Shown here: positions 7,593 through 17,404 of the stretch, piece after piece
Layout: every line of letters begins with the position of its first letter
Position numbering within the stretch: the first letter of the stretch is position 1
Source of the DNA: a bacterium
GTDB lineage: Bacteria; SAR324; XYD2-FULL-50-16
NCBI GenBank assembly: GCA_032250835.1
Contig: JAVVEA010000003.1
Span: forward strand, 185,458-249,457
Length of the DNA stretch: 64,000 nucleotides
Direction: 5' to 3'
Made by a program: the position numbers and the translations under genes
Notes under the pieces: generated by a model
Told to the model about the DNA's origin: nothing
The model's input: only the letters and a program-made list of their open reading frames with translations
The model's database searches: none

Positions 7593-8255
7593 ATGCGAAA
7601 AAAAGACCAAATCGCTGCGGCGATCAAAAAAGTTTTTCCTCAACTCCCCTTCGAGCCGGTCCACCTGGACCGCTTCGAGCTTTACCTAGAACAGCTCGAA
7701 CGCTGGAATGCCAAGATCAATCTGACCGCCGTAACGGGCTTCGAAGCGCTGTTAGAAAAACATATCCTAGACAGCCTAGCGGGCTTAGAAATGGCCCGGA
7801 GCCAGTCGATCCTTTTGCATGGCAAGGCCATCGACTTGGGCTCGGGAGCCGGGCTACCGGGGTTGATTATAGCAGCGCTCTTTGAGCAAGTCGAGATCGA
7901 CTCGATAGATGGGGTCGGGAAAAAGGCGGCGTTCCAAGAAACATTGCGCCTTCGGATGGGCCTAAAATCCTTTGCGGCCCATGGCTGCCGTTATGAAGAA
8001 TGGGTCAAAGGGCGGCAAGAAAGTTACGATTTTCTTTTTGCCCGCGCCTTAGCTTCCATGCCGCAGCTGATGCCCTGGGCCAGGGACTTCTTAAAATCTG
8101 GCGGCGAGGCCTGGCTTTGGAAAGGTGAGTTGTTTGAGCACGAATGGGCCCAGGTTCCTGGGGGCCTCAAGGAAAACTTCACGGAGCCCCAGAGCTTTCC
8201 TTACCAGATCAATGAGTACCTAGGTGGGCGCATCATCCGCCTGCAAAAGCTTTAA
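7593..8255 (+). CDS. rsmG: 16S rRNA m7G527 methyltransferase
   Basis: WNAKINLTA, KHILDSL, DLGSGAGLPG, KKAAF, ARALA, WKG. Confidence 0.9.
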   Translation: MRKKDQIAAAIKKVFPQLPFEPVHLDRFELYLEQLERWNAKINLTAVTGFEALLEKHILDSLAGLEMARSQSILLHGKAIDLGSGAGLPGLIIAALFEQVEIDSIDGVGKKAAFQETLRLRMGLKSFAAHGCRYEEWVKGRQESYDFLFARALASMPQLMPWARDFLKSGGEAWLWKGELFEHEWAQVPGGLKENFTEPQSFPYQINEYLGGRIIRLQKL

Positions 8256-9145
8256 AACCGCAGGTGGGGGAAGTATTCCTTCAAGGCCCACAACAAATTT
8301 CGGGTCTGCTCAAAGCGGTTCATGGTGTAAAAATGAAAATCCCTCAAACCCGCCAAAAGTAGCTCTTCTACCTGCTCAATAGCGTAGTCTGTACCGAACC
8401 GCTCCATCTCGCTGGCGTCGCCGCCCCATTTGTCTAAGCCTTTTTGCAACTTAGGCGGAATCGAGGTGCGCGACAACTGGGCAATCCGCGCCACTTGCTT
8501 GGCGTTTGAAAGCGGGAAGATGCCTGCGGTCACCGGAATGGTGACTCCGGCCTGATCCAGCTTCTCTTTAAAGTCGAACATCACCTGGTTGTCAAAAAAC
8601 AACTGGGTCACGATCCCGTCCGCCCCGGCGTCGATCTTTTCCAAGAGGTGTTTGAAGTCTGTTTCTTTGTCGGGATTTTCCATATGCCCTTCGGGATACC
8701 CGGCCACCAAGATGCCGGCATCGGTGTGCTGGCGGATAAAGGCAACTAATTCCGAGGCATAGCCAAAGCCGTTTTCAGGTCTGGTGAAGCTGTCGGACCC
8801 TTTGGGCGGGTCACCACGCAACGCCAACACGTTGTGGATGCCATGGAATTCTAGGGACTTGAGCAGCTCTAAAACCTGATCCTGGCTCAGATGGGCACAG
8901 GTAAAGTGCGCCACGCAGGTGGTTTCGGCCAAGTTGGTGATGGCGCTGGCGATTTCCAGACTCTTTTCGGCGGTCGTCCCGCCCGCTCCATAGGTTACCG
9001 AGAAAAAGTCGGGCCGTAGGTTTTTTAACTTCGCGATGGTCTGGTATATCTGGCGCAGCCCCGACTCGGTTTTCGGCGGGAATAACTCAAAAGAAACGTG
9101 GGTCTGGTAGCGGTACAGATTCCGGATATTGCGTTGGTGCGGCAT
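8252..9145 (-). CDS. metF: 5,10-methylenetetrahydrofolate reductase
   Basis: SFELFPPK, SVTYGAGG, AHFTC, LALRGDPP, VAGYPEGH, TQLFFD, HFYTMN. Confidence 0.95.
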   Translation of the reverse strand: MPHQRNIRNLYRYQTHVSFELFPPKTESGLRQIYQTIAKLKNLRPDFFSVTYGAGGTTAEKSLEIASAITNLAETTCVAHFTCAHLSQDQVLELLKSLEFHGIHNVLALRGDPPKGSDSFTRPENGFGYASELVAFIRQHTDAGILVAGYPEGHMENPDKETDFKHLLEKIDAGADGIVTQLFFDNQVMFDFKEKLDQAGVTIPVTAGIFPLSNAKQVARIAQLSRTSIPPKLQKGLDKWGGDASEMERFGTDYAIEQVEELLLAGLRDFHFYTMNRFEQTRNLLWALKEYFPHLRF

Positions 9146-9214
9146 GGATACTTTAGGGTTCAGCGTTGTAGATGGCTGCTATCTTGCCTCAGTAGAGCCG
9201 GCTTGTACAGCCCA

Positions 9215-11950
9215 TTAAGTAGGACTGTGGTAGGTTCTGAGCTGAGTTAGGGTGTCCGGAAAAAGGGCTTCTAATTGGAGCATAAGATTTTTGACGCTCT
9301 GTAGGTCATTGTCATTGGAGCTTACTTCGATTTCATAACAGACCGCCGCCATCTTTTCGGCCCCTAAGTTGCCCGCCAAGCCGCCTAGTTGGTGGCTCAA
9401 CCGCATGATCTCCACTTCCAGGCCCTGGTGTATTGCCTGGCCGATTGCTTCGATCAACTGAGGCACCAAGAGGGCAAATTGGTCGCGCAGCGCTTCGAAA
9501 AAGGCACCGCCCACGTTGAGCCGGGTTTGAACGATCACTTGGTTGACCAACTGGGGATTGCCTATGGGCCGGGCAATCGCTTCTAAGTGCCGCTTCTTCT
9601 TTAAGGCCCGCCCCCAGACGGATAGCACCGAACCGACGTCCTTGGGAATGATGGGTTTAGGTAGTAGGTCCCGCATGCCCGCTTTTAAGTAATCTTCGCG
9701 GTCCTGGGGCAACAGGTTGGCGGTCATCGCCAAGATAACCGGGCAAGACTCGGGCGGCAACTGGGCCAGGATCTCTTGGGTCGCCTCGATTCCGCCTTTG
9801 ACGGGCATCCGGATGTCCATGAAGATTAGGTCATAGGCGTTGGCCAAGGCTTTTTCAACGCCCAGGGCTCCGTTTTCAGCCAAATCGGCTTGATAGCCAT
9901 ATTTCTCAAAGATCTTAAGCGCCAACATCTGGTTGATGTGGTTGTCTTCTACCAACAAAATTTTTAGCGGGTAGTTCTGTGCTAGATTAGGCAAACCCCT
10001 GGATTCTTCAAAGTTGGTTTCTCCAAGGGGCTGTCCCAGTAGCGCGGTGAGCAAGGTTTCCTCACGTACCGGCTTGCGTATCAACTGCATCCCAGGGGGC
10101 AGATCGGGGCGCTCTCCTAGGCCCACTAAGGCCAACTGGATCACCTCTGGCGGCAGAGGGGGCAAGTCTTTCAGCCATTCTAAACGGTTTTCGCCTACAT
10201 AAGGTACTTCAACGATCAAGGCGCAAGGCGCGTTGGTGGCGAAGATCCGGGCTAAAGCTTCGGGCGAAGGGGCCGGGATTTGGGTGATTCCATGGGGCGA
10301 AAGCAGGTCGTCTAGGGCCTTTAAATACCGCTCACTGGCGCTCACCACCGCTAGGCGCATTCCTTTGAGGGCACTAAGGTCCGGTAACAGCAATGGGTCG
10401 CTGGGCGACGCCGCAATCTGGGCGGGCAGCGTAAAGGCGAACTGGGTTCCCTTCCCGGTATCGCTTTCAAGCCAAATCTTTCCACCCATTAATTCCACCA
10501 GCCTACGTGAAATATTCAGGCCCAATCCGGTGCCCCGGTCTTGGTGTCCCACTCCTTGTACAAAGGCCTCAAAGAGATGTTCCCGCTTACTTCGCGGGAT
10601 GCCGGGGCCGGTGTCGGCGACCACAAAACGGAGTAAAGTCTGGTCTGGTTCGGTGGGCTCAAGCCACAGCTCCACCCGGACTTCGCCTTTCTCGGTGAAC
10701 TTGAGGGAGTTCCCGATTAGGTTGATTAAAATTTGGCGGACCCGGGTTCGGTCTAAAAAGACGGCCCGTGGGATGGCCGGGTCAAAGTGGGTGTATAATT
10801 CTATGCGGGCTTCGCTGGACTTTAGGGCAAAGAGGTCTAGGGTCTCTTCGATCAGTTTGCGCGGTTCGGTGGGGCTGGGGTTGAGCACAAACTTACCGGC
10901 TTCGATCTTCGAGAGGTCTAAAACCTCGTTGATGATCATCAACAGGTAGTCGCCGGAATATAAAATGGTGTCGAGGTATTCGCGTTGGTCCCGGTTTAGC
11001 GGCGTGTCGGCAAGCAAATTGGCCACGCCGATGACCCCCGAAAGGGGCGTGCGGATTTCATGGGACATGCTGGCTAAGAAGGCGGCCTTTGAAGCCGAGG
11101 CTTCTTCGGCGTGGCGGCGGGCCTCTTCGGCTTCTTGGGTGCGGCGGGCGACGGTTTCTTCAAGGTGGTCTAGGTGCTCGGCCAAAGCGGTCTCAACCCT
11201 TGAAATCTGGGCTAAGCCCTTTTGGCTGCGCCAGCTAATCGCCAACAGTACCGCCAAGCCGATCGAGTAAAAAAGCGCATGGGAGGCCTGGTGGTGCTCT
11301 ACTTGCTCTTGCTCTAGTTCCAAGTAACGCTCCATAGGCACCGACACGGTGATGCCGCCGCGTATATCGCCTAATTTATAGCCCTGTTGTGCATGGCAAG
11401 TGAGGCAGCCCGACTCGGTTACCAGGGGACGCATCATCCGTAAAAAAGGCTTGCCCTGGATTTCGCTGAGTTCCTTGGCTTCGGTAACCCCTTGCTCAAA
11501 ACTCTCTAAGGCCTTTCGCTCCCATGGGTCAGGTGTATTCTTGGGGTTGATCGGCTTGAGGCTGGTGATACGCCCATAAACACCGTACATCTCCGAGTAA
11601 CGTTCCAATAGTTGACGGAAAGCGTAGGCCGGATTGAGCAGGGTCAACTGGCGGCCTGAGGGCGTTAGTATATCGCGTTCGGGGACTTTAAGGTAGGGGT
11701 TGGGCGGCGTCGCATCGGTAACGGGGACATAGACCCCGCCATGGCTAGCGGCCCAACTGCGAAAAGCTAAGTCTTTGTAAAAGGCGGCCCTGGCGGCGTT
11801 GAGGGTTATTTCGCGGGTAACTCTGCGTTCATGGGACACATTGACCCAATAGGAGGCTACGACGGCACCGGTCCATCCGAGCAACGCCAAAAAAGCATAG
11901 AGCCAAAGACGCCAGAGTCTTTGTTGGTAATGTTGCCGCGGGTCCGCCAT
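9215..11950 (-). CDS. Hybrid sensor histidine kinase (DUF3365 heme-c sensor, HisKA, HATPase, REC, HPt)
   Basis: Periplasmic HGGVYV..NPYL..TLLNPA..SLKPINP.N.PD.WE with CLTCH; FLASMSHEIRTP; NLIGNSLKFT, DTGPGI, GTGLGL; REC LLVEDN..MDIRMP; HPt HQLGGLAGNLGA. Confidence 0.92.
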   Translation of the reverse strand: MADPRQHYQQRLWRLWLYAFLALLGWTGAVVASYWVNVSHERRVTREITLNAARAAFYKDLAFRSWAASHGGVYVPVTDATPPNPYLKVPERDILTPSGRQLTLLNPAYAFRQLLERYSEMYGVYGRITSLKPINPKNTPDPWERKALESFEQGVTEAKELSEIQGKPFLRMMRPLVTESGCLTCHAQQGYKLGDIRGGITVSVPMERYLELEQEQVEHHQASHALFYSIGLAVLLAISWRSQKGLAQISRVETALAEHLDHLEETVARRTQEAEEARRHAEEASASKAAFLASMSHEIRTPLSGVIGVANLLADTPLNRDQREYLDTILYSGDYLLMIINEVLDLSKIEAGKFVLNPSPTEPRKLIEETLDLFALKSSEARIELYTHFDPAIPRAVFLDRTRVRQILINLIGNSLKFTEKGEVRVELWLEPTEPDQTLLRFVVADTGPGIPRSKREHLFEAFVQGVGHQDRGTGLGLNISRRLVELMGGKIWLESDTGKGTQFAFTLPAQIAASPSDPLLLPDLSALKGMRLAVVSASERYLKALDDLLSPHGITQIPAPSPEALARIFATNAPCALIVEVPYVGENRLEWLKDLPPLPPEVIQLALVGLGERPDLPPGMQLIRKPVREETLLTALLGQPLGETNFEESRGLPNLAQNYPLKILLVEDNHINQMLALKIFEKYGYQADLAENGALGVEKALANAYDLIFMDIRMPVKGGIEATQEILAQLPPESCPVILAMTANLLPQDREDYLKAGMRDLLPKPIIPKDVGSVLSVWGRALKKKRHLEAIARPIGNPQLVNQVIVQTRLNVGGAFFEALRDQFALLVPQLIEAIGQAIHQGLEVEIMRLSHQLGGLAGNLGAEKMAAVCYEIEVSSNDNDLQSVKNLMLQLEALFPDTLTQLRTYHSPT

Positions 11951-11977
11951 AGGTTCCCCTGGGGGGCTGAAGACGGA

Positions 11978-12316
11978 TTAGGGCTGTTCGGTTGCTAGAC
12001 AGCGACCAATTGAGCCTTTTTTGCAAATCGTCACTCCATCAACCCATAGAGCTCCCGTCAAGTCCGCACCTTTGAGGGACACACCGCTGAGGTTGGCTTT
12101 ATACAAGGTTGCCCCTCTAAGATTGGCGTTGTCCAGCCTGGAGCCTTGAAGGTTGGCCTCAGTCATGTCGAGGTTTTGAAGGTCAACGCCTACTAGGTAG
12201 CAGTTTACACAACGGTTTAAAATACGAATTTCTTCAAGGGGTTCGTAGGCCCAGGCAGGAGTCGTGATGATCCAGGCCAGTAATAGGCCGAGCATCCCTT
12301 TGTTGAACAAATTCAT
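11978..12316 (-). CDS. Secreted pentapeptide-repeat protein
   Basis: Signal peptide, CVNC, ANLQG/ANLRG/ANLSG/ADLTG repeats, WVDG..C...SIGRC tail. Confidence 0.85.
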   Translation of the reverse strand: MNLFNKGMLGLLLAWIITTPAWAYEPLEEIRILNRCVNCYLVGVDLQNLDMTEANLQGSRLDNANLRGATLYKANLSGVSLKGADLTGALWVDGVTICKKGSIGRCLATEQP

Positions 12317-12333
12317 AGGTTGCTGGGTGTAAG

Positions 12334-12432
12334 TCAGAGGTATTCGGTTTGTTGGGCTTCAAGGAGTTGAAGCGTAAAGGCGACCAGAAAGAAGGGTACT
12401 GAAATAACAAAAAACAATGTCTGACTGATCAT
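12334..12432 (-). CDS. Small single-pass membrane protein (32 aa), below ORF-track cutoff
   Basis: GGAGG-AATAC-ATG; MISQTLFFVISVPFFLVAFTLQLLEAQQTEYL*. Confidence 0.55.
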   Translation of the reverse strand: MISQTLFFVISVPFFLVAFTLQLLEAQQTEYL

Positions 12433-12530
12433 GTATTCCTCCAAATAGGATTCCGCAAATATTAAGGCTTATCAGGCCTTCGCGGGAAATAGTTGTGTCT
12501 ACATTAACAATCTTTCATGTCAAATGCACG

Positions 12531-12568
12531 AAAAAAAAGCCGTACAAATTGGGAATCTGTACGGCTTC
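12531..12568 (-). terminator. Rho-independent terminator after cytochrome c gene
   Basis: AAGCCGTACA...TGTACGGCTT inverted repeat with an A-run that gives a U tract on the minus strand. Confidence 0.75.
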
Positions 12569-12585
12569 TTCTTGCGTAGCGGAAC

Positions 12586-13209
12586 TTACTTTACATTGCT
12601 TAGATAAATGGCAATGGCGTGTAAGTCTTTTTCGGTCAACTTCTCACCCTGGAATTGCTCGCGCATCTTCAAGGCGTGGTTGTTGGTCCGTACTCCTTCC
12701 AAAATGCGCTTCATCTGCCAGAACAGATAGTCGGCATGCTGGCCGTTTAACTTGGGGTAGGCCAAGAACTTCGGATCGTCGCCTTTGCCTTTACCGCCAG
12801 CACCGTGGCACTGAGTGCAGCCCAGGTTTTTAAAGAGCGCCTCCCCTTTGGCTACGTCTGCGGCAGAGCCGCTAGGAGTCACCACGCGGGGCAGGCCCGA
12901 AAGATATTCGGCGATAGAGTCGATATCTTGGGGGGTGAAGTCTTTAAGCTTCGGGTGGTTTTTCATCAGCGGAGTAGAGCCTAGTTCGCGCTTACCGTAG
13001 ATGATCGCGTTGAACTGATTGATCAGGTACAGCTTGTTTTGCCCGGCCAAGTGGGGATACTGCGGGGTTTTAGAAGCCCCAGCGGGGCCGTGGCAGGCCA
13101 CGCACAACTTTTCTTTGAAAAGGGTCTTGCCGTCTTTTGCCCAAACGAGTGAGCTGGCCGAAAAGACCGCGAAAGCCAGCGTCAGCCCATAGATCAACGC
13201 TTTTTTCAT
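12586..13209 (-). CDS. Diheme cytochrome c4-like protein
   Basis: Signal peptide, CVACH and CTQCH, YPHLAGQ and YPKLNGQ motifs, a Met axial ligand in each domain. Confidence 0.92.
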   Translation of the reverse strand: MKKALIYGLTLAFAVFSASSLVWAKDGKTLFKEKLCVACHGPAGASKTPQYPHLAGQNKLYLINQFNAIIYGKRELGSTPLMKNHPKLKDFTPQDIDSIAEYLSGLPRVVTPSGSAADVAKGEALFKNLGCTQCHGAGGKGKGDDPKFLAYPKLNGQHADYLFWQMKRILEGVRTNNHALKMREQFQGEKLTEKDLHAIAIYLSNVK

Positions 13210-13494
13210 AAGAGTACCTCAGAGCGCTTGTAAAATTGGATTCGGTCAAACAGGATAAAAGAGGCCGAGGCGATACCCTCTTAATTCATTGCCTAAGGCA
13301 CAGCCTCAATGGAGTTCGGTTATACTGAAAATAATCGACAAAACCAAGTCTTTTGGAAAAGCTTTTTAAAAAAGATGGCAGTTTCCGGAAAGGGGTTTTC
13401 TCAGTATGCTGAAACCACTAAACACTTTTTATTTCCGGTGGGGCGGTATTGTAATTTCGGTATATATCAACACTGTAATCACAAGGGAGTGGCC

Positions 13495-13968
13495 ATGGGC
13501 TTCAAACGAACGTTCAGCAGCGTGATTTTGATTTTCGGTTTGGTCGGTGGCCTTTGGGCTGCGGGCCTGAGCCTAGATCTTGCCCAAATGGGCTTGAGTG
13601 ACCAATGGGACCAGCCCTTGGCCAATCCCAGCGAAGTCCGCTGGCTCTTAGTTAGCGGAGACAAAGCCGCCCACTCGGAGGTGCATGAGTATTTTAATGA
13701 GCAAGGGGCCGATTGGCTGCAACGCCAGGGGTTGGTTTATTTAAGTGATATTAGCGCAATGCCCAGTCTGATCACCAAGATGTTTGCCCTGCCGAAGATG
13801 CGCAAATACCAATACCCTCTTTACTTAGACCGCAGCGGAGAGCAGGTAGGACCGATCCAGCCGCCCCAGGGCAAGTTGCTGCTGGTGGAACTGGCTAACG
13901 GGCAGGCACAGTCGGACCGGCTGGTTTCTAGTTTAAAGGAACTGCTCAGCGCGCTGGAGAGCCCATGA
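13495..13968 (+). CDS. Conserved exported hypothetical protein
   Basis: Signal peptide, L.DQWDQ and DISAMPSLITKMFALPKMRKYQY motifs; GGGAG RBS before ATG 13495. Confidence 0.7.
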   Translation: MGFKRTFSSVILIFGLVGGLWAAGLSLDLAQMGLSDQWDQPLANPSEVRWLLVSGDKAAHSEVHEYFNEQGADWLQRQGLVYLSDISAMPSLITKMFALPKMRKYQYPLYLDRSGEQVGPIQPPQGKLLLVELANGQAQSDRLVSSLKELLSALESP

Positions 13969-14627
13969 GCCGCTTTAAGGCCCTAATCTTCGATCTCGAT
14001 GGGACCCTGCTTGATTCCCTTGAAGACCTTGCTTCGGCCACCAACCGGATGTTAGAGCGTCAGGGCTTTATGCCCCACCCGGTTGCTGCCTACCGGCAGT
14101 TTGTCGGTGAGGGAGCCCGGCATTTGGTAATTTCTGCCCTGCCGGTCGGAACCAGCGAGGCACAGATCGAGGTTTGTTTGGAAGATTTCCGCCGGGACTA
14201 TGAAAAAAATTGCCATATAGATTCTGGTCTTTATCCGGGTGTTGAAGCCATGCTTGGTGACTTAGAACAAATGGGTCTACCCAAGGGCATTCTTTCGAAC
14301 AAGCCCCATGAGATCACTTGCGATTGTGTGGGCCACTTTTTGCAAAACTATTCTTTTGCGCCCCTTTGGGGGCACCGGGAAGGAAAACCGCGTAAGCCAG
14401 ACCCTACCTCGGCCCTTGAAATGGCAGAGCAAATGGGGGTCGATCCGGTCGATGTGTTGTATCTGGGGGATACGGCAATTGACATGAAAACGGCGGTGGC
14501 GGCGGGATTTTTTCCTATGGGCGTTTCCTGGGGTTTTCGGCCGAGTGAATTGATCGAAGCCGGAGCCCGTAAGGTCATTGACCATCCTGGGGAATTAGCG
14601 GAGTTCCTAAAGACTCCCATTGGCTGA
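13965..14627 (+). CDS. HAD-family hydrolase (phosphoglycolate phosphatase-like)
   Basis: FDLDGTLLDS, LSNK, KPDP, GDTAID, WGFR. Confidence 0.9.
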   Translation: MSRFKALIFDLDGTLLDSLEDLASATNRMLERQGFMPHPVAAYRQFVGEGARHLVISALPVGTSEAQIEVCLEDFRRDYEKNCHIDSGLYPGVEAMLGDLEQMGLPKGILSNKPHEITCDCVGHFLQNYSFAPLWGHREGKPRKPDPTSALEMAEQMGVDPVDVLYLGDTAIDMKTAVAAGFFPMGVSWGFRPSELIEAGARKVIDHPGELAEFLKTPIG

Positions 14628-14654
14628 GAACCATAATTATTTGAATGAGAGACC

Positions 14655-14894
14655 ATGAAACGACTGATCTACCTGATGCTTCCTGCGCTGCTTTTAGCTG
14701 CGAGCCCGGCCTTTGCCGTTATTTTGGACGAAGCACCGCGCAACAAAGCAGTGGCCTTTAAGAAGCAATACAACTGCACCGATGGCGAATGGCGTCAGGT
14801 CACTCGTCAGGTAACCAACCACAAAGGTCTGACCGAGCGCTATGTGGGCTACAAGTGCGTTAGAGCTGGCGACCGCAACAGCCAGGGCAGGTAA
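14655..14894 (+). CDS. Small secreted hypothetical protein
   Basis: Clear signal peptide (MKRLIYLMLPALLLAASPAFA), two Cys, GAGAG RBS. Confidence 0.65.
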   Translation: MKRLIYLMLPALLLAASPAFAVILDEAPRNKAVAFKKQYNCTDGEWRQVTRQVTNHKGLTERYVGYKCVRAGDRNSQGR

Positions 14895-14972
14895 GGTGCT
14901 AGTTCCGGGGAGGGCATAGACAAGCTAAAGGGCTTGGGCTATGTTTTTTTAAACCCCTGCTTCAAGGACTAG

Positions 14973-15914
14973 ATGAACCAGCCCCGAGCCATTGTGCTGG
15001 GCATGGGCTCCATTGGACGCCGCCATGCCCGCCTGCTCGCCGAGATGTCGATCCCTTTGGCCGCCGTCAGTGCGTACCCACAAGAGGGGATCCCCACCTA
15101 TGATGACCTGAATCAAGCGGTTCCTGATTTTGAGCCCACCCATGTGGTGGTGGCCAACCCGACGTCCATGCATCTGGGCTCCATCGAGTGGTTGGCGAGG
15201 TTGGGTTTTACCGGCAAAATGCTGGTAGAAAAACCGCTCTTTGACGGTCTTGGCTCGCCGAGTGGCGTGGACCGGACCCAGATCCAGGTGGCCTACAATC
15301 TCCGCTTCCATCCGCTACTCCAAAAACTTAAAAAACGCCTCCAAGGCCGCCGCGTGTTAACTGTCCAGGCTTACGTTGGGCAGTATTTGCCTACCTGGCG
15401 GCCCGAACGACCCTACCAAGAAAGTTATTCTTCGAAGCGTATGATGGGCGGCGGGGCGTTGCGCGACTTGAGCCATGAGTTAGACTACCTGAATTGGCTC
15501 TTTGGCCCCTGGGTTGCGCTCAGCGCGCTGGGCGGCAAGATCAGCGATTTGGAGATCGACAGCGACGACCATTTTTGCCTGCTTTACCAAACGACTAAGG
15601 ATGTCCGGGTAGGCCTAGAGGTCAACTATTTGGACCGCCGCACCAGCCGCCGCCTGAACGTCAACTGTGCCGATACCAGCTTTTATCTGGATTTTATCAG
15701 TGGCACCTTGAGCGAAGGGGATCAGGTCGAACAAGTCACCTTGGAGCGGGACCAGATGTATAAAGAGCAACTGCGGTGCTTTTTAGGACAAAATCCCGGC
15801 GATGCTTGTGATTATTTGCAGGCTATGGAGGTGATTGAAACCTTCGCCGCCGCCGAAGCGGCTAGCCGGCCGCCCTTTCGTTGGATCACCCGTAACTTGG
15901 AGAGCGACCTTTGA
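14973..15914 (+). CDS. Gfo/Idh/MocA oxidoreductase (nonulosonic-acid pathway type)
   Basis: GMGSIGRRH, VEKPL, YNLRFHP, GQYLPTWRP, GGGALRDLSHELDY. Confidence 0.88.
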   Translation: MNQPRAIVLGMGSIGRRHARLLAEMSIPLAAVSAYPQEGIPTYDDLNQAVPDFEPTHVVVANPTSMHLGSIEWLARLGFTGKMLVEKPLFDGLGSPSGVDRTQIQVAYNLRFHPLLQKLKKRLQGRRVLTVQAYVGQYLPTWRPERPYQESYSSKRMMGGGALRDLSHELDYLNWLFGPWVALSALGGKISDLEIDSDDHFCLLYQTTKDVRVGLEVNYLDRRTSRRLNVNCADTSFYLDFISGTLSEGDQVEQVTLERDQMYKEQLRCFLGQNPGDACDYLQAMEVIETFAAAEAASRPPFRWITRNLESDL

Positions 15915-16618
15915 AACGACTCTGCACCCTCTCGGCCCGTGGCGGTTCTAAAGGCGTCAAAAATAAAAACCTGCGCCTCTTGGGCGATAAGCCTCTACTG
16001 GCCCACAGCATCCTTCAGGCCCGCGAGTCGGGACTTTTTGACCTCATCGCCATCAACAGCGACTCAGAAGATATCTTGCAAGTCGGGCGGGATTTTGGTG
16101 CCGACTACTGCCTGCGCCGCCCCGACGAACTAGCGACCGACCTTGCCGCCAAACTCCCGGCGATCCAGTGGGGGGCGCAGGAGGTGGAACGCTTAAGCGG
16201 CCTGACCTTTGATACCTTCGTAGACCTCGACGCCACCAGTCCCTTGCGCTTGCCCAGCGACATCATCGGGGCCGTTGAATTATTAGAAAGCCAGGGGGCT
16301 GATAACGTGATCACCGGCTGTCCTGCCAGGCGCTCTCCCTATTTTAACTTAGTCGAAACCGACGATTCGGGCCGGGCCAGCTTGTCGAAGCAATTGCCCC
16401 AAGCGGTGGTGCGGCGTCAAGACGCCCCGAAGTGTTTTGACATGAACGCCTCCATTTATGTTTGGCGGCGTGAGTCTTTTTACGGGTCCCAGCGTATTTT
16501 TATGGAAAAGACCCTGCTTTTTGAAATGCCCGAAGAACGCAGTCCTGACATTGATAGTGAGTTAGACTGGGAAATCGTTCAGTTTTTGTATCTAAGATCA
16601 AATACCTCTAAGACGTAG
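15911..16618 (+). CDS. Acylneuraminate (CMP-nonulosonate) cytidylyltransferase
   Basis: ARGGSKGVKNKN, DATSPLR, RSPYFN, RRQD, MNASIY, DIDSELD. Confidence 0.9.
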   Translation: MKRLCTLSARGGSKGVKNKNLRLLGDKPLLAHSILQARESGLFDLIAINSDSEDILQVGRDFGADYCLRRPDELATDLAAKLPAIQWGAQEVERLSGLTFDTFVDLDATSPLRLPSDIIGAVELLESQGADNVITGCPARRSPYFNLVETDDSGRASLSKQLPQAVVRRQDAPKCFDMNASIYVWRRESFYGSQRIFMEKTLLFEMPEERSPDIDSELDWEIVQFLYLRSNTSKT

Positions 16619-16753
16619 TCCTAGGGCCTTTTTAGGAAAGAGAATTTATGGTGAAAAAGGGGACTGGAACTTTGCTATGGATTGCGCTATCCTTTGAGTC
16701 CAAAACCCGATTCTCAAGGGTTGGAATTTTAGCCAGACAGCAGCGAGCAACTG

Positions 16754-17404
16754 ATGATCAAAATCCTGTTAGCCGACGACCATAAAATCATGCGCGATGG
16801 CATGACCCTACTGATGCAACGCGAGGGTGACCTAGAAGTGGTCGCCGAAGCGGACGATGGGGAAGAAGCGGTCCGCTTGGCTTACCAAACCCGCCCCGAT
16901 GTGGTGTTGATGGACATCAACATGCCCGGCATGGACGGAATTGAAGCAACCCGTAAGATTTTGGCCGAACTACCCGAAGCCCGTGTGATCGCCCTAACCA
17001 GCCACACCGAAGGCAAAATGGTGCAGGAGATGTTCCGCGCCGGGGCACTGGCCTTTTTAGGCAAAAACTGCTCGAACCAAGAGATTTTAGATGCCGTACG
17101 CTCGGTGATGACCGAGAAGTATTACATCAGCGAGGAGATGACCGGGAAGGTGATCGAAGACTTTGTGTTGCAACACATCCCGCAGATCACCGAAGTGAGC
17201 GACAAACTGACGAACCGCGAAAAAGAAGTGCTGCGCATGATCGCCGAGGGATTTTCCACCAAGAAAATCGCCGAGACACTTAACTTAAGCAGCAAAACCG
17301 TCGGTGCCCACCGCGAAAACCTGATGAAGAAATTAGACCTACACAACGTAGCCCAGCTAACCCGCTACGCCATCCAAAAAGGCCTGATCTCGCTGCATCC
17401 TTAA
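16754..17404 (+). CDS. NarL/LuxR-family response regulator
   Basis: LADDH, DVVLMDINMP, LTNREKEVL...G.STKKIA..L.LS.KTV..HR..LMKKL. Confidence 0.93.
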   Translation: MIKILLADDHKIMRDGMTLLMQREGDLEVVAEADDGEEAVRLAYQTRPDVVLMDINMPGMDGIEATRKILAELPEARVIALTSHTEGKMVQEMFRAGALAFLGKNCSNQEILDAVRSVMTEKYYISEEMTGKVIEDFVLQHIPQITEVSDKLTNREKEVLRMIAEGFSTKKIAETLNLSSKTVGAHRENLMKKLDLHNVAQLTRYAIQKGLISLHP

